Below, piece by piece: positions 9,417 through 18,676 of a stretch of DNA of 64,000 nt. Numbering within the stretch: position 1 is the first letter of the stretch; every line of letters starts with the position of its first letter. The notes below the pieces were generated by a model. The model saw nothing but the letters and a program-made list of their open reading frames with translations. It had not been told where the DNA came from and ran no database searches. Source of the DNA: Candidatus Aminicenantes bacterium. Its GTDB lineage: Bacteria > Acidobacteriota > Aminicenantia > Aminicenantales > JAFGBC01. The stretch is taken from assembly GCA_963702005.1 (NCBI GenBank), contig OY969696.1:3744001-3808000 (forward strand). The letters are read 5' to 3'. The position numbers and the translations under genes are program-made.

Positions 9417-9660
9417 TGGGGTCGGACCAAACTAACTCATTCATAATAAGTATAGAAAGGCTTTCTTTAGGTCGTTTTTCGATCTTAAAGCCGTATTTAT
9501 ATGCCTATAAATGCGGCTTTAAAATAATCTCAAGATAGCATTTGAAGACATCAGCTTAGATTGATTTTTTTAAGCCAAATCCGGAGTTTTAAGCATTTAT
9601 TTTATATCAAAATCCATATCAACTCATTATTTATCAATTGGTTACCTCGGTCCGACCCCA
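9417..9660. mobile_element. Family A MITE-like element, copy 3 (244 bp)
   Basis: Same TIRs and interior; followed by tandem duplication aataagtccttg x2. Confidence 0.85.
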
Positions 9661-9683
9661 TTAATAAGTCCTTGAATAAGTCC

Positions 9684-9711
9684 TTGACAAATCAATAATT
9701 CGCGTCATAAT
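9684..9711 (+). promoter_or_regulatory. Sigma70-like promoter for the OMP gene
   Basis: TTGACA-16 bp-CATAAT, then GGAGG RBS. Confidence 0.55.
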
Positions 9712-9746
9712 CAGGAAAGCTTTTAAAGGGTTCGGAGGTAACCATC

Positions 9747-10505
9747 ATGAAAAAAATCATTGTCCTCGCTCTTGTCCTGGCAACGGCCTGTTTCGCGTTT
9801 TCCCAGACCAAAAAAGGGGATTGGCTCGTCGGCACTTACCTGGGATCGACCGGATTGAGCTTCAGCAGTTCGGAAAGCGGCAGCTCCACTTCGACCGAAA
9901 TCAGCAAATCGGACTACCACAGTTTCAGCATCAGCGTGGGTCCCACGATCGGTTACTTCATCGCCGACAACCTTGCGGTGGGCACCTATTTTTCGTTGGG
10001 CCTCTCCTCCAGTCACTATAAAAACAGCTACACCGATAGCTCCTTTACATCGGAAAGCGATTACAGCTCGGTCTACTTTTCCCTCGGGCCGTTCGGCAGG
10101 TATTATTTCGGCGATAACGGCGGGAAGGGCCGGCCGTTTGTCCATGTCAATGTCGGTATTAATCTTTACCCGAAATACTCGGGGACCTACACGCCCATCT
10201 CCGGCACCGGATATAACTACAAGTATAAGACTTATTCCTCCTGGAACGCGGGCCTCCAGATCGGCTATGAGCATTTCCTCAATTCCCACATCGGCCTTCA
10301 GTATTATATCGGGTATAGCTTCAACCACTCCAAATATAGCTATGAGTATGTCTATACAAGCGGCACCAATTATGTCTATAACTACAAATACAACAGCCAC
10401 GGCATCACGCTCGGCGTCGGCCTGCAGATTCACCTGACAAAAAAAGAAAAAGCCGTCCCGCCGCCGCCTCCTCCCCCGCCGCCCACCCCGAAAAAAAAGA
10501 AGTGA
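9747..10505 (+). CDS. Outer-membrane beta-barrel protein with poly-Pro/Lys tail
   Basis: Signal peptide, alternating amphipathic strands (IGYFIADNLAVG, GPFGRYYF, GLQIGYEHF), tail PPPPPPPPPTPKKKK. Confidence 0.8.
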   Translation: MKKIIVLALVLATACFAFSQTKKGDWLVGTYLGSTGLSFSSSESGSSTSTEISKSDYHSFSISVGPTIGYFIADNLAVGTYFSLGLSSSHYKNSYTDSSFTSESDYSSVYFSLGPFGRYYFGDNGGKGRPFVHVNVGINLYPKYSGTYTPISGTGYNYKYKTYSSWNAGLQIGYEHFLNSHIGLQYYIGYSFNHSKYSYEYVYTSGTNYVYNYKYNSHGITLGVGLQIHLTKKEKAVPPPPPPPPPTPKKKK

Positions 10506-10525
10506 CGGCCGCGTTCGTCAAAAAA

Positions 10526-11971
10526 TTAAAAATGGCGGGAGGCGCCGCCGCCGCCCGACCGGCCTCCCCCGAACGAGGAATGGCTGGAGCTCGAAGAGCT
10601 TGAAAAGCCCGATCGGCTCGAGCCGGCGGACGACGATGAGGGAGCGATCCGAGGCGTATCCCTCTCCCAGGTCTTAAGATAATCGCAGTTGGGATTTTGG
10701 CAGTCGTCGCTGACGCGCTCGCGGCCTCCGTGGCTCGTCGTGGCCGCGGCCAGGATCGCAAGGGTCCGGACGAGAGTCCGCCGCTTGCACTTGGGGCAGG
10801 CGCTCGCCTTGCCGAGCTTGATCGCGAACCGCTCCCCCGCCCCGCATTTGGGACAGGTCCACAGCTCATAATCCATGCCGCCGGCCTTCTCCTCTGCGAC
10901 TTCCTCGGTTGTGAGCTGAGCATCGTCCTTTTCTTCGGGAATGAGGTCCATGGCCGAGCCGCAGGAGGCGCAGGGAAGCCGGTAATTTTCTGCGCGCGCC
11001 TTCATCCCCTTGCGCATTCTGGACCAGAGGATGGTCGCGATGACCGGCGATAGCCCGGTCAGGAGGGGCCCGAGGACGAATCTGCCGGTCACGAGGAGGA
11101 CGATGACGGCGATCGGCACCACGACCCACATCAGGGACAGATATCCGACTCCCGCGGAAGCGGCTTTGACCCGTCCGGCCTTGGACCGCTTGCGGCCGAA
11201 CCGGCGCCATGCCGAGAGAGCCCAGAGCCCGGTCAGTCCGAGGACGGCTCCGGCCAGGATGAGCGAGGAAACGAACGAAGAGCGGACCTTGGATTTCCCG
11301 GCCTCCGAGGAAACGGGGACCTTCTCCCCGGACTCGGCGGACGGCGCGGGCTGGGGCTGATCGGGCCAGACGGAAGGATCGGTCAGGCCGAGTGTCGCGC
11401 CCAAGGACGAGGCGGCGACGACGGTCTCGGCGGCCGCCTTGGCGACGGCGTAGAGGCCGCGGCCGTATTCCCCGCGGGCGAGGAAGGGCATGGCATACTC
11501 GTCGAGGAGCCGGGCGGACTGGGCGTCCGTGACGGCGGGCTCCAAGCCGTATCCGACCTCGATCCGGACGGCCCGGTCGTCCAGGGCGAACAGGATGAGG
11601 AGCCCGTTGTCCTTGCCCTTCTCGCCGATGCCGAATCGTTTGAAGAGGCGCTCGGCGAAATCCTCGACCGTCGTTCCGCCCAGGTCGCGCACGGTGACGA
11701 CGGCGAGCTCGGAGCCGGTCGCTTCCTTGAGGCGGCTGCAGACGCCGTCGATGAGGTCGGTGTAGGCCGGGCCGAGGACGCCGGCGCCGTCGCCGACGAA
11801 TTTGCCGGAGGCGGCCAGCGGGTTGGGGACATCCTCGACGCGCTCCGGGGCGGCGGAGGCTGTAATCGGCGCTATGACCGATAAAATGAAAATGGTGACA
11901 GACACCAATTTCCGGAAATTGGTGTCTGTCACCATTTTGCTCATTAGTTTCTTCGGGCGATTGCTGAACAT
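10526..11971 (-). CDS. TPM-domain (YgcG-like) membrane protein with C-terminal Zn-ribbons and Ser/Gly tail
   Basis: GIGEKGKDNGLLIL, RIEVGYGLE, TM helices, CxxC pairs, SFGGGRSGGGGASRHF; AAGGAGG RBS before ATG 11971. Confidence 0.9.
   Translation of the reverse strand: MFSNRPKKLMSKMVTDTNFRKLVSVTIFILSVIAPITASAAPERVEDVPNPLAASGKFVGDGAGVLGPAYTDLIDGVCSRLKEATGSELAVVTVRDLGGTTVEDFAERLFKRFGIGEKGKDNGLLILFALDDRAVRIEVGYGLEPAVTDAQSARLLDEYAMPFLARGEYGRGLYAVAKAAAETVVAASSLGATLGLTDPSVWPDQPQPAPSAESGEKVPVSSEAGKSKVRSSFVSSLILAGAVLGLTGLWALSAWRRFGRKRSKAGRVKAASAGVGYLSLMWVVVPIAVIVLLVTGRFVLGPLLTGLSPVIATILWSRMRKGMKARAENYRLPCASCGSAMDLIPEEKDDAQLTTEEVAEEKAGGMDYELWTCPKCGAGERFAIKLGKASACPKCKRRTLVRTLAILAAATTSHGGRERVSDDCQNPNCDYLKTWERDTPRIAPSSSSAGSSRSGFSSSSSSSHSSFGGGRSGGGGASRHF
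11889..11938. repeat. Family B perfect 50-bp palindrome inside the TPM gene 5' end
   Basis: aaaatggtgacagacaccaatttcc|ggaaattggtgtctgtcaccatttt. Confidence 0.95.
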
Positions 11972-12132
11972 CCGCACCTCCTTCTTCGGAAGGGCATTAT
12001 ACCATACGGGCCCCGCTTGATAATTCGGCCGAGATTTATCATACTAAAGACATTCCGGACGGGTTCAAAGCTTTAAAGTCGGTTATTGTCTAAAGGTATG
12101 TGAGCGAACATAAGGTTGGAAGGAGAAAATAC

Positions 12133-12702
12133 ATGAAACGGTCATGGGCTCTTATTCTGACGGTTCTGCTGGGAATTCAGGCGGTCGCCGGGATAGCCGC
12201 GGCCTCGTCCCTCGTCCAGCGCCGCAGGCTGCCGCGCCGGACGGTCGTCGTCGTCCATAGGGGTTGGCCCATCCATCGTCCCCTGCGGCACGTCATCATC
12301 CGCCCCGTCCGCGCGGCGATTCGAGTTCAACCCGTCCGGTTCCTGCCCGCCGTATTTTGGACGGGAGTCATCGTCGCCACCGCCCCGCGCCGGGACTTCC
12401 TCGTCTGGGAGGACGGCGAAACCCTGGCCCGGGACGAGGACTGGACCGAATTCACCCTGAATTGCGACAACTCCGGCAGGCAGCTCTGGCTGGAGGTGGC
12501 CGCGGGCAGCGCCCAATTCGACTGGGCCGAGATCGTGTTCGAGAACGGCGACACGCAGGTCGTCGACATGAAGGAGTGGGAGCGCGGACCCGGACACTAT
12601 GAGCTGCTGAACTTCCCCGACGGCCGCCGGGTCGATCACGTCAGGATGGTCGCCCGGGCCGCGAGCGAGGAAGCGCGCGTCGTCCTTAAAATGGAAAAAT
12701 AA
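12133..12702 (+). CDS. Secreted hypothetical protein
   Basis: AGGAG RBS, signal peptide MKRSWALILTVLLGIQAVAG, Arg/Val-rich segment, beta-rich domain. Confidence 0.7.
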   Translation: MKRSWALILTVLLGIQAVAGIAAASSLVQRRRLPRRTVVVVHRGWPIHRPLRHVIIRPVRAAIRVQPVRFLPAVFWTGVIVATAPRRDFLVWEDGETLARDEDWTEFTLNCDNSGRQLWLEVAAGSAQFDWAEIVFENGDTQVVDMKEWERGPGHYELLNFPDGRRVDHVRMVARAASEEARVVLKMEK

Positions 12703-12719
12703 GAAGCTAGCGATTCCGC

Positions 12720-12773
12720 AATTCTGGGGACACACGACTTAATTGGAAAATTAAGTCGTGTGTCCCCAGAATT
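12720..12773. repeat. Family C palindrome (25-bp arms, GGAA loop) between convergent genes
   Basis: aattctggggacacacgacttaatt-ggaa-aattaagtcgtgtgtccccagaatt. Confidence 0.95.
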
Positions 12774-12778
12774 ATTTA

Positions 12779-13339
12779 TCAGCCGTTGTTGACGCCGTCG
12801 GGCTGGTCGAGGTACCCCTCCCTGATAACACGGAACTCGCCGGTCCGGACGTCGAGGTCGTAAATATTGAAGTTCGTCCGGATATCGAACCCGGCCGATC
12901 GGACGGCTAGGTTGATCGAAGCCGAGCCGCGCTCGGGATCGCTCACGATCCGGTGAAAGACGCGGGTCGGCCAGGCGAGGATGGCGCCGCCCTCGTGGAC
13001 GAGCCGGCCGCCGCGCCTGATCCCGTCCGGCCCGACGGCGAACGTCTCAATCCGGCCGTGCTCGGGGGTGTAGAGCTCAACGCTGCGGGAACCGGCCAGG
13101 ACTATGAGATGATCCTCCTGGTGGGTATGCCAGTACCAGGGCCGCTCGACCGGGACGACCGTCCCCGGCGACAGCGCGCCCTGCCCGTGGACGACGCGGT
13201 CGATGGCGGCGATGGACGGGAAGAGATCCATCGGGACCAAATCGAAAGCGACCTTTTTCGTCCGCCTCAGGACCTCGAGCGCGATAATCCGATAAAGCCC
13301 CGAAATCTCCTCGACGACCTGATACTTGGGCTTGGCCAT
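12779..13339 (-). CDS. Cupin-like hypothetical protein
   Basis: WYWHTHQEDHLIVLAGSR and FHRIVS resemble cupin motifs 1 and 2; GAGAGG RBS before ATG 13339. Confidence 0.6.
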   Translation of the reverse strand: MAKPKYQVVEEISGLYRIIALEVLRRTKKVAFDLVPMDLFPSIAAIDRVVHGQGALSPGTVVPVERPWYWHTHQEDHLIVLAGSRSVELYTPEHGRIETFAVGPDGIRRGGRLVHEGGAILAWPTRVFHRIVSDPERGSASINLAVRSAGFDIRTNFNIYDLDVRTGEFRVIREGYLDQPDGVNNG

Positions 13340-13512
13340 CCGCGACCTCTCTTCTTTACACCGACTATATCGGTCGACTGCGATCAAGTCAACCTTATAA
13401 CGGAATTCTCCTGGACCCTCGGCCACCCAAAATTGCGGGCGCTTAATCCGCATTATTCGCCTTTACACGCTTCGCGGACGGATGATATGCTGAAGCCACG
13501 GAGGATCGACAC

Positions 13513-14826
13513 ATGGCGCTAATAATCCCGCTTGCGTCCTTGCTCATCAGTCTCCAGCTCTTTTTGGGCGGCCTGCCGCGCGGCGTGGGTCCCGGATCCG
13601 GATCGACTTGCCCGGTGGATTCCGCCGGAAGCACGGTTTGGGTGAAAAAGTTCGATAATGGCTATAACCCTTGGCCGGATTTGAACTATGGGATCCCTTT
13701 GGCCGGCGGCGGATGCCTGGCCGTAGGAGACGTGGGCCCTTTATCCGGTCCCGACGGATGGATCGTACAGTTCAGCGCGGCCGGGACGATCGAAAAACAG
13801 GGGAGCTACGCCCTCCAGAAGAACGGCAGGTTACAAGCGATCGCTCCGACGGCTGATGGCGGCTACATCGCGGCCGGCCGAATGAATTTCAACGAGTACG
13901 GCGATGACGGCGACGGCTGGCTGATGAAGCTGGACAAGGACTTGATCCCCAAATGGAATAAGACCTATGCCCTGGGCGACCACCATATCGATTTTCGACA
14001 GGTGGCCTGCTTGCCCGACGGCGGGTTCCTGCTCGCCGGCCTCTACTCCGGTGCATACGACTCGCTGATCGTCAAGGCCAATTCAACCGGCGGCATTGTC
14101 TGGGCGCATGAATTCCCGGGTACCATTTTCTACGCGATGATCCCGACTCCCGATAAGGGGCTTCTAGCGCTGGTGACGGTCTACGGCGAAGTGGATTGGC
14201 TTCCGACCCTGATCAAATTGGACTCGACGGGAAAGGTCAAGTGGGCCAAGCAGTCTGATAATTTTGACGCTTTCGTGTCGGGATTTGTAACCAAGAGCGG
14301 TGATTTTATCATCGGCGGACATTCCGGATCCCAAAACCTGGTGATGAAAGTTTCGGGCGGCGGCGCCATCAAGTGGCAGTCCGCGTTCGGCTCCACCTTC
14401 AGCTATATGTCCAAGGTCTTCCCGGCTCCGGGAGGAGGAGCCTATTTCGTCACCCCCAACAGTATTAATCCGACGACCCAGGTCGTCATCGCTAAAGTGA
14501 CGGGCACGGGCGGGCTGTCCTTCGCCCGGGGATACGCGCCGTTCACCCAGGGGTTCCAGGAATCGGCCGACCACGCTTTTCAGGCGACGGACGGCTCGAT
14601 CCTCATGCTCTGCAACTATGTTGCGGACACCGCGATCGTCCGCTTCGACGCCAACGGGAGGACGGACCCGAAATGCACGCCATTCCCGATCAAATACAAA
14701 AAGACCAACCCGAAGTTGGCTCTCGAAGATATCAGCGTAACTCCAAAGAACGTGAAACTAACGGTCAAGACGGTCAAGGTCACGCGTCAGGCGACAACGG
14801 CCCGGCTGGAAGACGCCTGCAAGTAA
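13513..14826 (+). CDS. Secreted beta-propeller repeat protein
   Basis: Repeats DGGYIAAG...WLMKLD..G...W.K.Y about every 45-50 aa; hydrophobic N-terminus; GGAGG RBS. Confidence 0.75.
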   Translation: MALIIPLASLLISLQLFLGGLPRGVGPGSGSTCPVDSAGSTVWVKKFDNGYNPWPDLNYGIPLAGGGCLAVGDVGPLSGPDGWIVQFSAAGTIEKQGSYALQKNGRLQAIAPTADGGYIAAGRMNFNEYGDDGDGWLMKLDKDLIPKWNKTYALGDHHIDFRQVACLPDGGFLLAGLYSGAYDSLIVKANSTGGIVWAHEFPGTIFYAMIPTPDKGLLALVTVYGEVDWLPTLIKLDSTGKVKWAKQSDNFDAFVSGFVTKSGDFIIGGHSGSQNLVMKVSGGGAIKWQSAFGSTFSYMSKVFPAPGGGAYFVTPNSINPTTQVVIAKVTGTGGLSFARGYAPFTQGFQESADHAFQATDGSILMLCNYVADTAIVRFDANGRTDPKCTPFPIKYKKTNPKLALEDISVTPKNVKLTVKTVKVTRQATTARLEDACK

Positions 14827-14827
14827 A

Positions 14828-15295
14828 ATGAAAACAAAGGACGAACGGTTAGATAATGCACGGCCGGCGCCGGGACGGAAGTCGAGCCGGAGGGCGTTCT
14901 GCCGGACCGCCTCGTTGGCGGCTTTGGGCGCCTGGTCGATCGCAGATCTCAAAGGATTCGATACCCGGGCCGTGCGGATCGATTCGGCGCCCGGAGCCAG
15001 ATCCGGCCGGAAGGAGGAGAACGTGGACAAAAAGGTCAAGGCCGTCACGGCCAAGGTCATCAGCGTCAAGGGGGAATGCGGAATCCACAAGATAGGCGAC
15101 GCCTGCACCTTCACGACCGAGGGCGTCCAGGGCCGGATCTGCATTCACGCCATGTACAGCATGCTGCCCAAGGTCTTCGCCATGATGTACGGCGCGAAGT
15201 TCCCCTGGCTCCAGAATCCGGACGTCGCCACCCACGCCTGCCCGGATGGCGCCAATCCGGTCATTTTCGAAATCACCCGGATCTATGAGGGCTGA
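14828..15295 (+). CDS. TIGR04076-like protein (alternative start GTG 15023)
   Basis: VISVKGEC..HKIGD, ICIHA, CPDGANPVIFEI; AAGGAGGAG RBS before GTG 15023; upstream extension has SRRAF. Confidence 0.75.
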   Translation: MKTKDERLDNARPAPGRKSSRRAFCRTASLAALGAWSIADLKGFDTRAVRIDSAPGARSGRKEENVDKKVKAVTAKVISVKGECGIHKIGDACTFTTEGVQGRICIHAMYSMLPKVFAMMYGAKFPWLQNPDVATHACPDGANPVIFEITRIYEG

Positions 15296-15353
15296 GACTC
15301 CCCCCGCCGCGGTCGCGATCTGAGAAAAGATCGTCCAGAATCGTGTCTGTCCG

Positions 15354-18300
15354 TCATCTCAAGTCTGTGACCAGGGCGCCCTGGCCGGCCGCCGCCATCG
15401 TCCGGTTGAAGGCCGGAATGACCTCCTTCAGCAGCTTATCGTACTCCCCGTGCGCCTCGGCCAGCCGGCCCTTGAGAATCTCATAGACTTCGAGCTGCTG
15501 GGAGGTTGGGCCGAAGTCCTCGGTGTTGCGGATATCGCCCGCGCCCGTTCCGATCTCGCCCGAGAACCAGAGGAGCTTCGAGTAGAGCATCATCTCCGCG
15601 CGGTAGGACTTGGGGTCCGAGGCATGGAGCTGGCGCTGGAGGAGCTTGTCCTCCACGGCCATGAGCTTCGCCTGCGTCTCGGCCAGGGCGGCCCGCAGCG
15701 CCGCGCCGTCCTTGGAGCGCTCCAGGGTCTCGGCCAGGTCTTCCATCTGCTTCCCGATCCACTCGAGCCGGTTGATCATGCCCACGACCTCGTTGATATC
15801 CTGGACGACAGCCGCCCAGAGCCGGACCATGTCCTTGATGTCCTCGACCGTGCCGCGCGAGTTCGGGTCCTTGCGGACTTCGAGCGTCTGCGCCGATTCC
15901 TTCCCGTCCACGACGAGCTTGACCGTGTAGGTCCCCGGCGCCGCCAGCACGCCGGCCTGCGGCGGCTGGGTCCCCCAGTGAAGGACGGGCCTTGTCTGGC
16001 GTCCCCGAAACCGCTTTTCTTCCCAGACATGCGTGTGGAAAGACGGCGTCGTTCGCAGCTCGATCTGGCGGAGCGGCTCATGACGCAAATTCCAGATGAT
16101 CCGGTTCAGACCCTTGTTAGCCGTCCCGCGCAGCGTCCGGACCTTGGCCCCGTTCTCGTCGTAAATCTCGATCGCTAAGCCGCCCGCCGGGACGGACTTG
16201 AGGTAGTAGTTGATGACTGCTCCGTAGGGCGCCGGTTCGGGCCGGGTCTGGTCGTTGGGCGGTTGGTCGACATTCTGGCGCTCCTTGAACCGGTAGGCCG
16301 CCCGGGGCTTGAGGAGCACCGCCTCCGGCCCCAATCCCGGCGTGCCGGGCGACAGATCGCGGAGCGGCGTGATGTCGTCCATGATCCAGCAGCCGCGGCC
16401 GTTCGTCCCGACGACGAGGTCGTTGAAGTGCTCCTGGATCGCGATCCAGGTGATGCAGGCCTGGGGGAGGTTGGACTGGAAGGGGTGCCACGACGCGCCG
16501 TCGTCGAACGAAACGTATATCCCATTGGCCGTCCCGGCGAACAGAAGCCCTTTGCGGACCGGGTCCTCCTTGACGGCGCTCGTGTAGCTCAGGACCGAGC
16601 GCGGGATGCCGGCGTCGATCCGCGTCCAGGACTTGCCGTAGTCGGCCGTCTTGAAGAGATAAGGGTCGCGGATATTTTCTTGATGGCCGTCCACAGCGAT
16701 GTAGCAACGGCCCGCCTCGAAACGGGAGGGGTCGATCATGCTGACCGTGCCCCAAGCGGGCATCGCGGCCGGAGTCACGTTCTTCCAGGTCTTGCCGCCG
16801 TCGCGGGTGATGTGGACGAGGCCATCGTTCGAGCCCGCCCAGACCACCCCCGCTTCGAGCGGCGACTCGGCGATCGCGAACAGCGTACAGCCGTACTCGA
16901 CGCCCAGGTTGTCCTTGCTCAATCCGCCCGACGACCCGAGCTTCGACCCGTCGTTGGCCGTCAGGTCGGGGCTGATGACCGACCAGCTCTGACCGCCGTC
17001 GCTGGTCATGTGGACGTACTGGCTTCCGATATAGACCTTGTTGTGGTCGTGGGGCGAGATCGCGATCGGGTGCGTCCAGTTCCAGCGGTACTTGAGGACG
17101 CCGGCCGGAGAGTCAAGCGACTTTTCCGGCCAGGGATTGACGCTCCGGACCAGGCCGTTCCGCCCGTTGAAGATCTCGACCGTCCCCGAGTAGCAGGATC
17201 CCCAGACGACGTCGGGGTCGGCGGGATCGGGGTAGGAGAAGCCGGACTCGCAGCCGCCCATCGAGATCCAGACCGGGTCGAAGGCGCCGTAGTCCGGATA
17301 GGACGGGCCGCGCTTGGAGGTCGAGTCCTGCATATTGCTGTAGACGAGGTAGGGCACGCGGTTGTCGACGGCGACGTGGTACATCTGGCCGATGGGGAGG
17401 ATGACGCGGCGCCACTGCCGGCCCCTGGTGACGGTCAGGCTGATCCCGCCGTCGTGGCCGATCATCATCCGCTCTGCGTCGCCGGGGTCGGCCCACATGT
17501 CGTGGCAGTCGCCGCCGCCGCTGAAGTTCTCGATCGAGTCCCCGCCGTCGTAGGTCACGTACATCGTGTTGCAGGGAAAGTAGACCGTGTTCTCGTCGTC
17601 GGAGGCGACGCACATCCGGGTGTAGTAGTGGGGCCGCTCGTTGATGCGGCGCTCGTGGGAAACGACGCGCCAGCGCTCGCCGCCGTCGTCCGAGCGCCAG
17701 AGTGACCCCCGGTCGCCCGTTTCGATCAGGGCGTAGATGCGGTTGGGGTTCGTGGGCGCTACGGCGATGTCGACCTTGCCGACCTCGAACTCGGGAAGGC
17801 CGCGGCCCTTGATCCGGGTCCATGTGTCGCCGCCGTCGCGCGAGACGAAGACGCCGCCGCCCGGCCCGCCGCTGAACTTACCCCAGGTGTGGATGACGAC
17901 GGACCACATCCCGGCGAACAGGACGCGCGGGTTGCGGGGGTCCATGGCCAGGCCTGAGCAGCCGGTGTTCTCATCCGCGAACAGGACCTGCTCCCAGGTC
18001 TTGCCGCCGTCGCGCGTCCGGAAGACGCCGCGCTCCTTCTGGGGGCCGTAGCAATGGCCGAGGGCGGCGGCGAAGACGATGTTCGGGTCGCGGGGATGGA
18101 CAACGATGCGGCCGATCCTCCCGCTCTTCTCGAGCCCCATTTTCGCCCAGGTCTTGCCCGCGTCCATGGACTTGTAGATCCCGTCGCCGATCAGGACGTT
18201 GGAGCGGATGAAAGCCTCCCCCGTCCCGACCCAGACCTGGCTGAAGTCGGAGGGTGCGATGGCCAGCGCGCCGATGGACTGGGAGGTCTGCTCATCGAAG

Positions 18301-18599
18301 ATTGGCTCCCAGTTGGTGCCGCCGTCGACGGACTTCCAGACGCCGCCGGCGCAGGCGCCAGCATAGTAAATATTAGGATTCGAGGGGACGCCGACGACGG
18401 CCGAGACGCGGTTCCCCTGGGGGCCGACATGGCGCCAGGTCAGGGCGGTCAGATCGTCGGGGATTGTACCCGGACGGACGACCTTGGCCTTCCTCGGCTC
18501 TCGGAACTCGAATTGCCCGGCGGCCGGGACGCTTCGGAGGGCGATAAAAATCAGTATCCCGACAGCGGATGCCGCGACCACGAACTTACGCTTAAGCAT
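15354..18599 (-). CDS. Large secreted BNR/Asp-box (VPS10/sortilin-like) beta-propeller protein
   Basis: Many S/T-x-D-G-G-x-T-W boxes, WRHVGP, C-terminal coiled region; GGAGG RBS before ATG 18599 (ORF-track extension MMCPQ derives from a repeat). Confidence 0.9.
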   Translation of the reverse strand: MLKRKFVVAASAVGILIFIALRSVPAAGQFEFREPRKAKVVRPGTIPDDLTALTWRHVGPQGNRVSAVVGVPSNPNIYYAGACAGGVWKSVDGGTNWEPIFDEQTSQSIGALAIAPSDFSQVWVGTGEAFIRSNVLIGDGIYKSMDAGKTWAKMGLEKSGRIGRIVVHPRDPNIVFAAALGHCYGPQKERGVFRTRDGGKTWEQVLFADENTGCSGLAMDPRNPRVLFAGMWSVVIHTWGKFSGGPGGGVFVSRDGGDTWTRIKGRGLPEFEVGKVDIAVAPTNPNRIYALIETGDRGSLWRSDDGGERWRVVSHERRINERPHYYTRMCVASDDENTVYFPCNTMYVTYDGGDSIENFSGGGDCHDMWADPGDAERMMIGHDGGISLTVTRGRQWRRVILPIGQMYHVAVDNRVPYLVYSNMQDSTSKRGPSYPDYGAFDPVWISMGGCESGFSYPDPADPDVVWGSCYSGTVEIFNGRNGLVRSVNPWPEKSLDSPAGVLKYRWNWTHPIAISPHDHNKVYIGSQYVHMTSDGGQSWSVISPDLTANDGSKLGSSGGLSKDNLGVEYGCTLFAIAESPLEAGVVWAGSNDGLVHITRDGGKTWKNVTPAAMPAWGTVSMIDPSRFEAGRCYIAVDGHQENIRDPYLFKTADYGKSWTRIDAGIPRSVLSYTSAVKEDPVRKGLLFAGTANGIYVSFDDGASWHPFQSNLPQACITWIAIQEHFNDLVVGTNGRGCWIMDDITPLRDLSPGTPGLGPEAVLLKPRAAYRFKERQNVDQPPNDQTRPEPAPYGAVINYYLKSVPAGGLAIEIYDENGAKVRTLRGTANKGLNRIIWNLRHEPLRQIELRTTPSFHTHVWEEKRFRGRQTRPVLHWGTQPPQAGVLAAPGTYTVKLVVDGKESAQTLEVRKDPNSRGTVEDIKDMVRLWAAVVQDINEVVGMINRLEWIGKQMEDLAETLERSKDGAALRAALAETQAKLMAVEDKLLQRQLHASDPKSYRAEMMLYSKLLWFSGEIGTGAGDIRNTEDFGPTSQQLEVYEILKGRLAEAHGEYDKLLKEVIPAFNRTMAAAGQGALVTDLR

Positions 18600-18610
18600 G
18601 TTTCCTCCAG

Positions 18611-18673
18611 AATTCTGGGGACACATCACTTATCTCGCTCGAAATTGTAATTAAGTCGTGTGTCCCCAGAATT
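18611..18673. repeat. Family C inverted-repeat element filling the intergenic space between the two BNR genes
   Basis: aattctggggacaca...aattaagtcgtgtgtccccagaatt; right arm identical to 12749-12773. Confidence 0.9.
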
Positions 18674-18676
18674 ATT

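Noticed and set aside
2406-9660. Classical integron attC array
   Set aside because: No RYYYAAC/GTTRRRY boxes at the element termini and no tyrosine integrase in the window; only the layout is analogous.
18600-18629. ORF-track N-terminal extensions such as MMCPQNSGGN, MFINWLPRSDP and ..HFVTKCRFDP..
   Set aside because: They are translations of the repeat elements; better RBS-supported starts exist.
12720-18673. Family C/D/A repeats as a CRISPR array
   Set aside because: Copies are kilobases apart, with no regular spacers and no cas genes.
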